Assembly: GCA_938021175.1 (NCBI GenBank)
Contig: CALIHN010000006.1
Coordinates: 62,206-126,205, forward strand
Origin: Aggregatibacter segnis
Lineage (GTDB): Bacteria > Pseudomonadota > Gammaproteobacteria > Enterobacterales > Pasteurellaceae
Length of the DNA: 64,000 bases
Reading direction: 5' to 3'
A program made the position numbers and the translations under genes. Positions 53,489 through 64,000 of the stretch are shown here, one piece after another; position 1 is the stretch's first letter, and every line of letters begins with the position of its first letter. The notes below the pieces were generated by a model, which was not told the origin of the DNA, searched no databases, and saw nothing but the letters and a program-made list of their open reading frames with translations.

Positions 53489-54727
53489 CTACTTTTTGTC
53501 TTCATCTGCAATGCAAGCTGCTGCAGTGAAAAGTACGTCAGTAGATGAGTTAAGTGCGGTTTCTGTAGAATCTTGTAAGATACCGATAATGAAACCAACC
53601 CCGATCATTTGTGCCGCAACATCATCAGAAATTCCAAATAGGCTACATGCTAATGGGATTAACAATAATGAACCACCAGCAACCCCAGAAGCACCACAAG
53701 CACATAAACTGGCAACAAGGCTTAACAAAATCGCGCTACCAAAAGAAACCTGAATACCTAACGTATGCACTGCTGCAAGCGTTAAAATAGTGATCGTAAT
53801 CGCAGCACCGGCCATATTAATAGTTGCGCCCAACGGAATAGAAACAGAATACGTTTCTTCATCTAAATTCAGGCGTTTCGCAAGATTGATATTCACCGGG
53901 ATATTCGCTGCAGAGCTACGGGTAAAGAATGCGGTTACGCCACTTTCACGCAAACAAGTCCAAACCAGTGGATACGGATTACGACGGATTTTCCAAAAAA
54001 CTAAAACCGGATTCACAACAAAAGCAACAAACAACATGGAGCCGACTAACACACTTAATAATTGAATATAGCCACCTAATGCCACCAAGCCTTTATCCGC
54101 TAATGTTTCAGAAACTAAACCGAATACACCGATTGGCGCAAATGAAATAACGACATAAACAATTTTGGAGACCGCTTCAGAAATATCGGAAATCACGGTT
54201 TTAGTTGCATCAGAAGCATGACGTAAAGCCAAACCTAAGCCGATAGACCAAGTTAATACGCCAATGAAATTCGCTCTAAATAATGCATTTAACGGGTTGT
54301 CCACCATATTGAAAATTAAATCCAACAATACGGTTCCAACACCTTTTGGTGCAGCGGAAATATCTTCTTTTACTGATAATGCAACTTCTGTTGGGAACAA
54401 GAATCCTGCAATAACAGCAACTAATGCAGCTAAGAAAGTACCGACCAAATACAACACAATGATGGATTTCATGCTGGTTTTGGAACCCACTTTCTTATTG
54501 GCAATTGCCGCCATAACCAAAACAAAGATCAATAATGGTGCAACAGCACGTAGTGAACGAACAAAAATTTGACCTAACACACCGACTTTTTCAGCCAAGT
54601 TAAAACCTAATGTCGGTTGTAACATAGGCGTAATGAGTGCGACCAAAATACCTAACACTAAACCAACAGCAATACGTTTGACCAAACTGCCTTGGAAGAA
54701 GAGTGAAATTAAACGAGACATATTCAT
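53489..54727 (-). CDS. sstT: Serine/threonine:Na+ symporter
   Basis: 412 aa DAACS-family transporter with an SstT-like N-terminus. Confidence 0.9.
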   Translation of the reverse strand: MNMSRLISLFFQGSLVKRIAVGLVLGILVALITPMLQPTLGFNLAEKVGVLGQIFVRSLRAVAPLLIFVLVMAAIANKKVGSKTSMKSIIVLYLVGTFLAALVAVIAGFLFPTEVALSVKEDISAAPKGVGTVLLDLIFNMVDNPLNALFRANFIGVLTWSIGLGLALRHASDATKTVISDISEAVSKIVYVVISFAPIGVFGLVSETLADKGLVALGGYIQLLSVLVGSMLFVAFVVNPVLVFWKIRRNPYPLVWTCLRESGVTAFFTRSSAANIPVNINLAKRLNLDEETYSVSIPLGATINMAGAAITITILTLAAVHTLGIQVSFGSAILLSLVASLCACGASGVAGGSLLLIPLACSLFGISDDVAAQMIGVGFIIGILQDSTETALNSSTDVLFTAAACIADEDKK

Positions 54728-54973
54728 AATAAGTTAACGAGAGTTATGCAATCACTTGCGGTTGATCTTAGAATCAAAACTGATTCCCCTAGGGCGATAA
54801 AGATAGCGGAATTTTTTGATAAAATAAATACGAACATTTAACTTTCATTAAGTTTATAGAAATTTTGATAAATTTCTTTAGATTAAATTTAATAAACCTA
54901 ATACTTTTTTAGAAAACAATAATTCCTGCATTATCCTATCGAAAAAATAATTCAAAAATTTATTTTTCACCTG

Positions 54974-55025
54974 TTGACTTACTGGATATAAAAACAGTAT
55001 ATTATAACTGTATAAAAATACAGTT
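54974..55025 (+). promoter_or_regulatory. SOS promoter: -35 TTGACT, -10 TATATT, with two tandem LexA boxes
   Basis: Box 1 TACTGGATATAAAAACAGTA (54980-54999) and box 2 AACTGTATAAAAATACAGTT (55006-55025), both CTGx-N8-ACAG; followed by SD GAGGAG and the ATG at 55046. Confidence 0.7.
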
Positions 55026-55045
55026 TATTTTACTGAGGAGCAGAT

Positions 55046-55495
55046 ATGAACTACCACCACAACGTTGTTGCACAAAACGATCACATGTTTTCTTATCAAC
55101 CCATTCCTTTTTTTGAAGATATGAAACAAGAAAATCGTAGTTTCAATAAAAAACTTGATCTCAACTTGTACTGCATTAAACGTCCTCAACAGACATGTTT
55201 TATTCGAATGACAAATCCTAATATGCTCGCCTGGGGAATTGAAGAAGGTGATATGTTGGTCGTAGAAAATAATGAGGAATTATTTTTAGACGAATTGATC
55301 GTCCTTGAAGTAAACAATGAATTTCACGTATATGAGTTTATTGCACACAACAACGGGGAATTTATTTTCTTATCTTTGGACTCTAAAATGGAAAATATTA
55401 AAACAACCAATTGGCGGGAACTACCGATTGTCGGCACTGTAACCAATGTCATTCATCAACTACAACGTAAAAATACACTCCGGTTTGCCGCCTAA
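55046..55495 (+). CDS. UmuD/ImpA-like LexA-family (peptidase S24 fold) protein, apparently lacking the Ser/Lys catalytic dyad
   Basis: Aligns with the UmuD C-terminal domain (IDLN..., GISDGDLLIVD ~ GIEEGDMLVVE, GEF.VK ~ NEFHVY). The GDSM serine is NPNM and the VKKL lysine is VYEF. Confidence 0.6.
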   Translation: MNYHHNVVAQNDHMFSYQPIPFFEDMKQENRSFNKKLDLNLYCIKRPQQTCFIRMTNPNMLAWGIEEGDMLVVENNEELFLDELIVLEVNNEFHVYEFIAHNNGEFIFLSLDSKMENIKTTNWRELPIVGTVTNVIHQLQRKNTLRFAA

Positions 55496-55581
55496 TAAAA
55501 GAACTACCTGCATCTCAAATAAAAGAGCGGTCAAAAATGCTAACACTTTTGACCGCTCTTTTATGTTTCAGAAAAATAAAC

Positions 55582-56100
55582 TTAAAGCACTCGACGAGAT
55601 TGAGTATAAGTTCTTGCCCAGTAATCATCATTTAATGACTCAATAATGACACCACGACTTGTACTGGAATGCATAAATTTATCACCGCCAATATACACGC
55701 CAACATGCTTGTTTTTACGGAAGAAAACTAAATCACCAACTTTTAATTCACTTTTTTCAATTTTTGTGCCGACATGACGTTGTTCAGATGTAGAGCGAGG
55801 CAATGCTAAACCATAAGCTTTCAAGAAAGTCGTTTGCATAAAACCGGAACAATCAATGCCCCCTTTCGTCAGACCGCCTAAACGATAACGGGTACCTGCC
55901 CATTCTTGATATACGTTCGCAAGTTGTTTATCCATTACTTCAGAATATTGATGCGGTTTATTCGTTTTTAGTTGCGCATGAATTAATTGGTTTAACTGTT
56001 CTTGATCTTGTACTGAAGCAGCAACATTCTTTGTAGAATTTGAACATGCAGCCAAAACAAATAAAGGAACAATCATCAAAAATTTTTTAAACATAAACAT
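55582..56100 (-). CDS. NlpC/P60-family lipoprotein endopeptidase (Spr/MepS-like)
   Basis: Lipobox VLAAC; catalytic Cys region GIDCSGFMQ and C-terminal His. Confidence 0.8.
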   Translation of the reverse strand: MFMFKKFLMIVPLFVLAACSNSTKNVAASVQDQEQLNQLIHAQLKTNKPHQYSEVMDKQLANVYQEWAGTRYRLGGLTKGGIDCSGFMQTTFLKAYGLALPRSTSEQRHVGTKIEKSELKVGDLVFFRKNKHVGVYIGGDKFMHSSTSRGVIIESLNDDYWARTYTQSRRVL

Positions 56101-56217
56101 TAAATTTTTTTATTTAAATAGAGATTCATTGACAAAATTTCGCCGGATCCTAGCGTAAAATGAAGAAAAAATCCAGAAAAAGCTCAATTTAATTTCATAA
56201 AATTCATGTTTTATCGC

Positions 56218-56255
56218 ATATATAGTGCATAAAAGGAATTTTATGCACTATATAT
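56218..56255. repeat. Perfect 17-bp inverted repeat with 4-bp spacer (AT-rich palindrome)
   Basis: ATATATAGTGCATAAAA-GGAA-TTTTATGCACTATATAT; between the kdsA stop and the NlpC/P60 gene start. Confidence 0.7.
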
Positions 56256-56270
56256 TGAATATTGAAGAGA

Positions 56271-57134
<864 letters not shown>

Positions 57135-58034
57135 TTATTTATTTTCAGTTTGAGCCCAACAACCTAAGGTTACGCGCTCATTATTTCCGTAATCCCGTAA
57201 AGTTTCAATCGATGTCCAAAAATTCTCTTGGAAAATCGACCGCACTTTTTCCCCTTGTTGCCAACCGTGTTCCACCAACAGATAACCGCCTGTCCGCATA
57301 AATTTCGGCGCATTGGCGATAATATGACGTAAGTCCGCATAGCCTTCTTCTTCCGCCACTAACGCCGACAAGGGCTCAAAGCGTACATCTCCTTGGGTTA
57401 AATGTTCATCCTTTGCATCAATATAAGGCGGATTACTCACAATCAAATCAAATGTGCCTGTCACCTTGTCAAACCAATGACTTTGTAAAAAACAGACGTC
57501 TAACTGATTTTTTTCCGCATTGGATGTCGCCAACGCCACCACGTTCGGCATGACATCCACTCCGATAATTTCCGGTTGAATTTGCTGTTTTTGTGCAATG
57601 GGTTTCAGTTCAGAGGCTAACGCCAAGGCAATAGCGCCCGTACCGGTCCCCAGATCTAAAATACGAAAACGTTGGGAGTCTTGACCGCACTTTTGTAGCT
57701 TTTCAATGGTAATCGCTAGCGCTTTTTCCACCAGAATTTCGGTATCCGGACGCGGAATCAGCGTGCCTGCTGAGACATTTAATGGCAACGACCAAAACTC
57801 TTTTTCACCGAGAAGATAAGCGATGGGCTCACCTTGCAAACGACGAGATAAAAGTGCGGTCAGTTTTTCTTGTGTTTTTTCGTCCAACGCTGTCTCGCCA
57901 AAAGCCAAAATAAATGCACGCGATTTTTGTGTCACAAATTGCAATAACACTTGTGCATCGGTTTTACCATTTTCAGCGGGATTTGCTTGATTTAACGCTT
58001 GCGCGGCTTGTTGCAGCCATTGTTGGTAGTTCAT
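57135..58034 (-). CDS. prmC: Release-factor glutamine N5-methyltransferase
   Basis: NPPY motif (VSNPPYI) and SAM-binding DLGTGTGAIA. Confidence 0.9.
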   Translation of the reverse strand: MNYQQWLQQAAQALNQANPAENGKTDAQVLLQFVTQKSRAFILAFGETALDEKTQEKLTALLSRRLQGEPIAYLLGEKEFWSLPLNVSAGTLIPRPDTEILVEKALAITIEKLQKCGQDSQRFRILDLGTGTGAIALALASELKPIAQKQQIQPEIIGVDVMPNVVALATSNAEKNQLDVCFLQSHWFDKVTGTFDLIVSNPPYIDAKDEHLTQGDVRFEPLSALVAEEEGYADLRHIIANAPKFMRTGGYLLVEHGWQQGEKVRSIFQENFWTSIETLRDYGNNERVTLGCWAQTENK

Positions 58035-58079
58035 GTTTGTTCAATAAAAATGAACGAGCCGTTAAGCTCGTTCTCATCG

Positions 58080-59162
58080 TTAATTTTGTTCAGACAATGC
58101 CGCCAACTGATCCGCCTGATATTCGGTGATAATCGGCTGAATCAAGTCATCAATTTTACCGTTCATCACTTCATCTAAACGATAAATTGTCAGGTTAATG
58201 CGGTGATCTGTCACACGCCCTTGTGGGTAGTTGTAGGTACGAATCTTGTCAGAACGGTCACCGGAACCCAAAAGGTTACGACGGGTATCCGCTTGCTCTT
58301 GCGCCAATTTTTCCTGTTCTTGTTGTACTAAACGGGAAGCCAGCACGGACAAGGCTTTGGCTTTATTTTTATGTTGTGAACGCTCATCCTGACACTCCAC
58401 CACCATGCCGGTTGGAATATGCGTAATACGCACGGCAGAATCGGTTTTATTGATGTGCTGACCACCCGCACCGGAGGCACGATAGGTATCAATACGCAAA
58501 TCTGACGGGTTAATTTCCGGCATTTCTGATTCCGGCAATTCCGGCATCACCGCAACAGTACACGCAGAGGTATGAATACGCCCTTGTGACTCAGTTTTCG
58601 GTACACGTTGTACACGGTGACCGCCTGATTCAAATTTTAATTGACCATAGGCACCATCGCCGCTCACAAGGGCAATAATTTCTTTAAATCCGCCCTGCTC
58701 GCTTTCGTTTTCACTCAGCACTTCAATGCGCCAGCGCTTGGTTTCCGCATAACGGCTATACATACGGAAAAGATCGCCGGCAAAAATCCCGGCTTCATCA
58801 CCACCAGTACCGGCGCGGATTTCAAGGTAGCAGTTATATTCGTCGTTCGGATCTTTCGGTAGTAAGAGAATTTGTAAATGCTGCTCAACTTGTTCCAGTT
58901 CGGCTTTGGATTCTTCAATCTCCATTTGTGCCATTTCTTTCATTTCCGGATCGTCAAGCAGGAGCTGCGCTTCTTCTAAATTGGCATTGAGCTGATTCCA
59001 ACGGCTAAAACTTTTCACCACGTCTTCAAGTTGCGAATATTCTTTGGAATAGGCTCTGAATTTATCTTGATCACTAATGACAGAAGCATCGCCTAACAAC
59101 GCTTCAAGCTCTTCATAACGTTCTTTTAAGCTATCTAATTTATTGATAATAGAGGGTTTCAT
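58080..59162 (-). CDS. prfA: Peptide chain release factor 1
   Basis: GGQ motif ([16 protein letters not shown]) and PAT-type recognition; 360 aa. Confidence 0.95.
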   Translation of the reverse strand: MKPSIINKLDSLKERYEELEALLGDASVISDQDKFRAYSKEYSQLEDVVKSFSRWNQLNANLEEAQLLLDDPEMKEMAQMEIEESKAELEQVEQHLQILLLPKDPNDEYNCYLEIRAGTGGDEAGIFAGDLFRMYSRYAETKRWRIEVLSENESEQGGFKEIIALVSGDGAYGQLKFESGGHRVQRVPKTESQGRIHTSACTVAVMPELPESEMPEINPSDLRIDTYRASGAGGQHINKTDSAVRITHIPTGMVVECQDERSQHKNKAKALSVLASRLVQQEQEKLAQEQADTRRNLLGSGDRSDKIRTYNYPQGRVTDHRINLTIYRLDEVMNGKIDDLIQPIITEYQADQLAALSEQN

Positions 59163-59299
59163 TCTTTAACCTTCGAAGGAAAATGGAAAGGGAAATAAAA
59201 AAATCGGGGCATTCTAGCACAGAATAGAAATGTTATTGAAGTTTAGGTAATAAAAAAGGCTTTCGAGCTATCTCAAAAGCCTTTCTCATCTTATTTAAA

Positions 59300-59755
59300 T
59301 TAAAGTGCGGAAACATTCAAACGTGAACCACCAACAATACGCACACGCGCACCTGGCACGAGATTCGCTTCGGCTTTTTGCACAACAACAATTTCTTTAC
59401 CGTCATCTTTGCGAATGACCATTTCAATGGCGTTAACTTGGCTTGCTTTTTCTTCAACTTTGCTGCCGACAACAGCACCGGCAACCGCCCCAACCGCGGT
59501 AGCTAACGCCCTGCCTGTGCCACCACCGATCGCTGAACCGGCAATACCGCCAATCGCACCACCACCGATCGTACCAACCACACCTTGATTATCCGATTGA
59601 ATTTTCACCGGGCGGGTAGAAACAATGGTGCCGTAACTAATCGAACGGGCTTCTTTCGCTTGAGCGCCCGAATAGACGTTACCGCCATAAATATCTTCAT
59701 TGGCACAGCCAACAAGAGTTAAGCTTATTAAAATAGCTAATGCGATCTTTTTCAT
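59300..59755 (-). CDS. pcp: Outer-membrane lipoprotein, glycine-zipper (SlyB/Pcp, 'PAL cross-reacting protein') family
   Basis: Lipobox LVGC; Gly-zipper GGGAIGGIAGSAIGGG; close to Haemophilus Pcp. Confidence 0.85.
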   Translation of the reverse strand: MKKIALAILISLTLVGCANEDIYGGNVYSGAQAKEARSISYGTIVSTRPVKIQSDNQGVVGTIGGGAIGGIAGSAIGGGTGRALATAVGAVAGAVVGSKVEEKASQVNAIEMVIRKDDGKEIVVVQKAEANLVPGARVRIVGGSRLNVSAL

Positions 59756-59851
59756 AAATGCTCCTTAAACACCAAATTAACCTTTTATTTTGCTTATTTA
59801 TTCTTTGATAAATAAACGATGAATCTGATTTTATTGAACCGCTTTATATCA

Positions 59852-60439
59852 TCAAACCGCGCTTACAATTTGCTTGATGCTGTATGGGTGGAACTTGATA
59901 CAAGTAGGATTCTGCGTTTTATCCAAAAAGCTTACTGCAACAGACAAATTGAGCAGTGTTTCACCACACCCTTTCGGTTCGCTCATTTTGACTGTAAAAC
60001 GCTCAGGTTGGTTCCACAAGAATGTATTTTTTATTCTTGCTAACCATTCTGCTGAGGTTTCATTGGGTAAAAATGGAACAACCACCTCAATATGCTCCCA
60101 AGTTTCTTGTGGATAATGTTTATCTTTTGGGAAAGGTAATTCCACCACATCAATCTCTTGTTGCGCCAAACGCAAAGGCTCATGTAACTGAATCAAATAA
60201 ATCACTCTGCCGTTAATCAGGTTATCGCTCAACACCGAGCCATACGCTAACAATCGGGTTAACCACGCATTTGCCATTTGCTCGGTATTCACCCGCAAAG
60301 AAAGGTGATCAATTTCATATTGGTTTAAATCTAAATTGATCTGTTGTGCCAATGCCTGAATTTTTTGCTCAAAATCCTGAAAGTCGGCAAAAAGTGCGGT
60401 CTGTTTTTCAAACATTTTATGGGGAAAGCGAAACGACAT
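59852..60439 (-). CDS. yecM: YecM-family (VOC-fold) protein
   Basis: Similar to E. coli YecM, which is likewise adjacent to argS. Confidence 0.8.
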   Translation of the reverse strand: MSFRFPHKMFEKQTALFADFQDFEQKIQALAQQINLDLNQYEIDHLSLRVNTEQMANAWLTRLLAYGSVLSDNLINGRVIYLIQLHEPLRLAQQEIDVVELPFPKDKHYPQETWEHIEVVVPFLPNETSAEWLARIKNTFLWNQPERFTVKMSEPKGCGETLLNLSVAVSFLDKTQNPTCIKFHPYSIKQIVSAV

Positions 60440-60536
60440 AATTTTCCTTTTTGACTTTTCTGAAAGGTGAAAGAACGGTATTATATCGAGCTATTTTTAT
60501 CAGCCCAAACTTATTTCAAAAAATTAAGGTTCAGCC

Positions 60537-62270
60537 GTGAATATTCAATCTATTTTATCCGAAAAAATCAAACAGGCGATGATTGCAGCCGGTGCCGACG
60601 CACAATGTGAAGCCCTCGTTCGCCAATCGGGCAAAGTGCAGTTTGGTGATTATCAAGCCAACGGCATCATGCCGGCAGCCAAGAAATTGGGATTAAACCC
60701 ACGTGAATTTGCTCAAAGCGTATTAGACAAAGCCGAACTACAAGACATTGCAGAAAAAACGGAAATTGCCGGTCCGGGATTTATTAACATTTTTCTAAAA
60801 GACACTTGGCTGGCAGACAACATCAGCCGCGCGGTACAAGATCCGAAATTAGGTGTACACAATCCGGAAAAACAAACCGTGGTGGTGGACTACTCCTCCC
60901 CAAACGTTGCCAAAGAAATGCACGTGGGACATTTGCGTTCAACTATTATCGGTGATGCCGTCGTACGCACACTTGAATTTTTAGGCAATAACGTCATCCG
61001 TGCCAACCATGTAGGTGACTGGGGCACCCAATTCGGTATGCTGATTGCCTATTTGGAAAAAATGGAAAACGAACACGCCACCGAAATGGAATTGAGCGAT
61101 TTAGAAGCTTTTTATCGTGCGGCAAAAAAACATTATGACGAAGATCCGATTTTTGCCGAAAAAGCCCGTAACTATGTTGTAAAACTGCAAAGTGGTGATG
61201 AATATTGCCGTACCATGTGGCAAAAACTGGTGAAGATCACCATGCAACAAAACCAACACAACTACGATCGTCTCAACGTGACCTTAACAGACAAAGATGT
61301 GATGGGTGAAAGTTTGTATAACCCAATGTTGCCGGGCATTGTTGAAGATCTGAAAAAACAAGGTTTGGCTGTAGAAGATGACGGCGCATTAGTGGTTTAT
61401 TTGGATGAATTCAAAAATAAAGACGGCGACCCAATGGGCGTTATCGTGCAGAAAAAAGATGGTGGCTTCCTTTACACCACCACCGACATTGCTGCCGCCA
61501 AATACCGTTATGAAACCTTAAAAGCCAATCGTGCGTTAGTCTTCTCCGACACTCGCCAAAGCCAACATATGCAACAAGCTTGGCTCATCACCCGTAAAGC
61601 AGGCTATGTGCCGGACAGTTTCCAGCTAGAACACAAAAATTTCGGCATGATGTTAGGCAAAGACGGCAAACCGTTCAAAACCCGTAGTGGTGACACCGTA
61701 AAACTGGCCGATTTATTAGACGAAGCCATTGAACGTGCGGGCGTATTAATTTCGCAAAAATCCACCGCACTTTCTGAGCAAGAAAAAGCGGATGTCATTG
61801 AAGCTGTTGGTATCGGTTCGGTGAAATATGCGGATTTATCAAAAAACCGCACCACGGATTATGTGTTCGACTGGGACAATATGTTGAGCTTTGAAGGCAA
61901 CACGGCGCCTTATATGCAATATGCCTACACCCGCATTCGTTCGATTTTCAATCGTAGCCAAATTGCCCTAAGCGAAGTAGAACAAGCCCAATTAAGCATT
62001 ACGGATGAAAAAGAACGTGCTTTGGCAATCAAATTATTGCAATTTGAAGAGGCCGTTCAAGTAGTTGGAAAAGAAGGTACACCGCATGTACTTTGCGCTT
62101 ATTTATACGAATTGGCCGGCGTATTCTCTTCCTTCTACGAGCATTGCCCGATTCTGAATAATGACGATCATCAAGTGAAACTCAGTCGCTTAAAACTGGC
62201 GTTGTTAACAGAAAGAACGCTAAAACAAGGATTGGATTTACTCGGCATTAAAACCGTTGAGAAAATGTAA
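60537..62270 (+). CDS. argS: Arginyl-tRNA synthetase (GTG start)
   Basis: [20 protein letters not shown]... ~ E. coli ArgS; HVGH class-I motif. Confidence 0.95.
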   Translation: MNIQSILSEKIKQAMIAAGADAQCEALVRQSGKVQFGDYQANGIMPAAKKLGLNPREFAQSVLDKAELQDIAEKTEIAGPGFINIFLKDTWLADNISRAVQDPKLGVHNPEKQTVVVDYSSPNVAKEMHVGHLRSTIIGDAVVRTLEFLGNNVIRANHVGDWGTQFGMLIAYLEKMENEHATEMELSDLEAFYRAAKKHYDEDPIFAEKARNYVVKLQSGDEYCRTMWQKLVKITMQQNQHNYDRLNVTLTDKDVMGESLYNPMLPGIVEDLKKQGLAVEDDGALVVYLDEFKNKDGDPMGVIVQKKDGGFLYTTTDIAAAKYRYETLKANRALVFSDTRQSQHMQQAWLITRKAGYVPDSFQLEHKNFGMMLGKDGKPFKTRSGDTVKLADLLDEAIERAGVLISQKSTALSEQEKADVIEAVGIGSVKYADLSKNRTTDYVFDWDNMLSFEGNTAPYMQYAYTRIRSIFNRSQIALSEVEQAQLSITDEKERALAIKLLQFEEAVQVVGKEGTPHVLCAYLYELAGVFSSFYEHCPILNNDDHQVKLSRLKLALLTERTLKQGLDLLGIKTVEKM

Positions 62271-62285
62271 TCTCATTAATAAATC

Positions 62286-62320
62286 ACATCCCGCTTTTTA
62301 TTTATGGCGGGATTTTTTTA
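62286..62320 (+). terminator. Rho-independent terminator after argS
   Basis: ATCCCGC ... GCGGGAT followed by T6. Confidence 0.75.
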
Positions 62321-62358
62321 TGCTTAAAATCATGCCATCAAGAATGAAAAAAATCGGG

Positions 62359-62387
62359 TAAAAAAAAAGTGCCTCACAGGAGGCACT
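62359..62387 (-). terminator. Terminator for the convergent ydgA-like gene
   Basis: AGTGCCTC-ACAG-GAGGCACT; on the minus strand it is followed by a U8 run. Confidence 0.65.
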
Positions 62388-62550
62388 ACTCGGAAAGCAA
62401 AATATGTTTGGCTATTTGTATAGCACTTATTTTTGTTGGGGCTAAGGATAGCAACATGACATTATAAAGCAAACGGTTATTTGTAATTTTGTGAACTCAC
62501 TCACGGTTTTACATCAATTTATTCTCTGATAAGAAAGGCGCTATAAACAG

Positions 62551-62596
62551 AAAGTGCGGTCGAAATTCAAAACGTTTTGTAAATCGACCGCACTTT
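62551..62596. repeat. Inverted uptake-sequence pair with nested AAAACGTTTT palindrome
   Basis: AAAGTGCGGTCGA ... TCGACCGCACTTT. Confidence 0.7.
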
Positions 62597-62631
62597 ATAT
62601 GCACAATATTATCGAGGGATATTGATATAAA

Positions 62632-64000
62632 CTACTGTCCCATTGACATCACCATCAAGAACAACATAGATGCCACTTGTTCTTCTGGAATCACTTTTCC
62701 ATTTAATTTAAGCTCGCCTTTTTCCAGCACAAGATCGAGTTTAACGGATTTTCCGTCCTCAACCAGAATACCTTGCTGCACACTATTTTTAACGCCTAAA
62801 TTAACTTGTTCTGTTGCCACTTTAGTTGCCTGTTCTTTATCATCAAGTCGGTCTAACTGCAATACCGTCGCAGCTTCCTCAATTAACGCTTCTTTATTGG
62901 CATCCATTTTGAAAATAAAGTGGTTAAACAAACGGAAAATCTTTCCTTGGCCGATAGCATTTTCAAAATCAGCGCTTGCCATAGAAATATCTAAATTGGA
63001 AGCTAATTTACCGGCTTTATTGCTAAGTGTCGGATTAAAGATAAACTGCGGTTGAGTATCAATAAATTTTTTCGTGATCTGCACTTCCTCATCGGTAAGC
63101 ACATCATGCTGTTGTTTCGCGGATTCGTTATAAACCTGAATTAATTGGTTAAAGGTTTCTCCGTCAACATGATTTAACGCCATATCAATGGTTAAATCTC
63201 CTAAATCAGCATCACGGACAGAAATTCCGTTAAATACGATTTTTGCCCCGGAATCTAAGATATTATCTTTTCTCACCGTATCAAAATCGACTTTCCAATT
63301 TTTAAATTCAACGTGATTGTTTTTTCCTTCAGAATCTATTGCATTGAACTTCACCGCACCGCCTGACAAAGATTGTTTGCCGGTGGAAAGATACGCCCAT
63401 TCTGGAATACGTTGATATTCAGCATCAATTTTTAAATCGTTGAATTCAACAGAAGCATTTTTATCCGGCTCACTATATTGAAGTTTATTCAGCGCAAAAT
63501 CTAATTTATTCACACCATCACGCTTGAAACCCAGTTTCATATCCAAGCCATTCACAGCCAATGTTCCTTCTTCCATCACAGCTTCAAAAGGCACAAGATC
63601 CACATGAGAAGATCCGCTTTGGTTATAATCGACAAAGGTGGTCACAGTAATCGGTGTTTTACCTTTTGTTGCTTCAAACCAAGGGGCTGTTGTTTCATTT
63701 TTAGTGATCAAATCCACACTGGAAAACAGACTCGGCATGAAATTAAAATGACTTAGCTGATTTAACGGCAACGGGCCATGGTATAACGTCCCTTCAAATG
63801 GCAACATCCAGGTTTTGCTCGGATTTTCAAGCTCAGCCACTAAAATGTCATATTTAGTTTTAGAACTGAATAAACCACGTTCAAAAGAAACATGATCAAA
63901 ACGAATGTCCAAACCGAGAGAATCCGCAGATTGCTGAAGATCTTTATTCACGAGATTGACTTGACGGACAAATTCTTCTTCTGCCACTGTCCCTGTGTAC
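62632..64000 (-). CDS. DUF945 / YdgA-like protein, N-terminus beyond the window edge
   Basis: The reading frame stays open to the window end (...YTGTVAEEEF...); similarity to E. coli YdgA (GLFSS, HGPLPLNQL). Confidence 0.7.
   Translation of the reverse strand, partial: YTGTVAEEEFVRQVNLVNKDLQQSADSLGLDIRFDHVSFERGLFSSKTKYDILVAELENPSKTWMLPFEGTLYHGPLPLNQLSHFNFMPSLFSSVDLITKNETTAPWFEATKGKTPITVTTFVDYNQSGSSHVDLVPFEAVMEEGTLAVNGLDMKLGFKRDGVNKLDFALNKLQYSEPDKNASVEFNDLKIDAEYQRIPEWAYLSTGKQSLSGGAVKFNAIDSEGKNNHVEFKNWKVDFDTVRKDNILDSGAKIVFNGISVRDADLGDLTIDMALNHVDGETFNQLIQVYNESAKQQHDVLTDEEVQITKKFIDTQPQFIFNPTLSNKAGKLASNLDISMASADFENAIGQGKIFRLFNHFIFKMDANKEALIEEAATVLQLDRLDDKEQATKVATEQVNLGVKNSVQQGILVEDGKSVKLDLVLEKGELKLNGKVIPEEQVASMLFLMVMSMGQ

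Noticed and set aside
62388-62550. ~160-bp spacer in the argS/ydgA convergent region as a candidate sRNA
   Set aside because: The stretch is flanked by two minus-strand terminators, but I could identify neither a promoter nor conserved structure from sequence alone; left as unassigned.

Overview
This 64 kb window is a chromosomal segment of a Pasteurellaceae genome. The Hin-type uptake signal sequence AAGTGCGGT/ACCGCACTT occurs dozens of times, often as inverted pairs that form terminator hairpins, and gene order and protein identities are Haemophilus-like. Most of it is densely packed core housekeeping: trpBA, pykA, asnS, sspAB, moaACDE, the aceEF-lpdA pyruvate dehydrogenase operon, dapD, cysB, tyrA, sppA, the metY-rimP-nusA-infB-rbfA-truB operon, glmM, folP, dinB, kdsA, prmC, prfA and argS. 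The accessory content is listed below.

- **Glycan cluster (29.0-40.0 kb).** An AT-rich Wzx/Wzy-type cluster (two GT2, one GT25, Wzy, Wzx, a pyruvyl transferase and a DUF218 protein) is packed tightly around mltB-xthA and an rfbB/rffG homolog.
- **SOS-controlled pair.** dinB carries an upstream LexA box and an unusual uptake-sequence hairpin/U-tract leader ending at its ATG. A UmuD/ImpA-like S24-fold protein that appears to have lost the catalytic Ser/Lys sits behind two tandem LexA boxes.
- **Sulfur-sensing module.** A YgaV (ArsR-family persulfide sensor)-YgaP rhodanese unit has an extra stand-alone DUF2892 gene.
- **Riboswitch.** A probable Moco riboswitch lies in the moaA leader.
- **Other points.** minC is present without minD/minE nearby, a periplasmic ATP-dependent DNA ligase is present, and several small palindromic elements occur.

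No transposases, integrases, CRISPR arrays or rRNA genes are evident; one tRNA (initiator tRNA-fMet, metY) is present.
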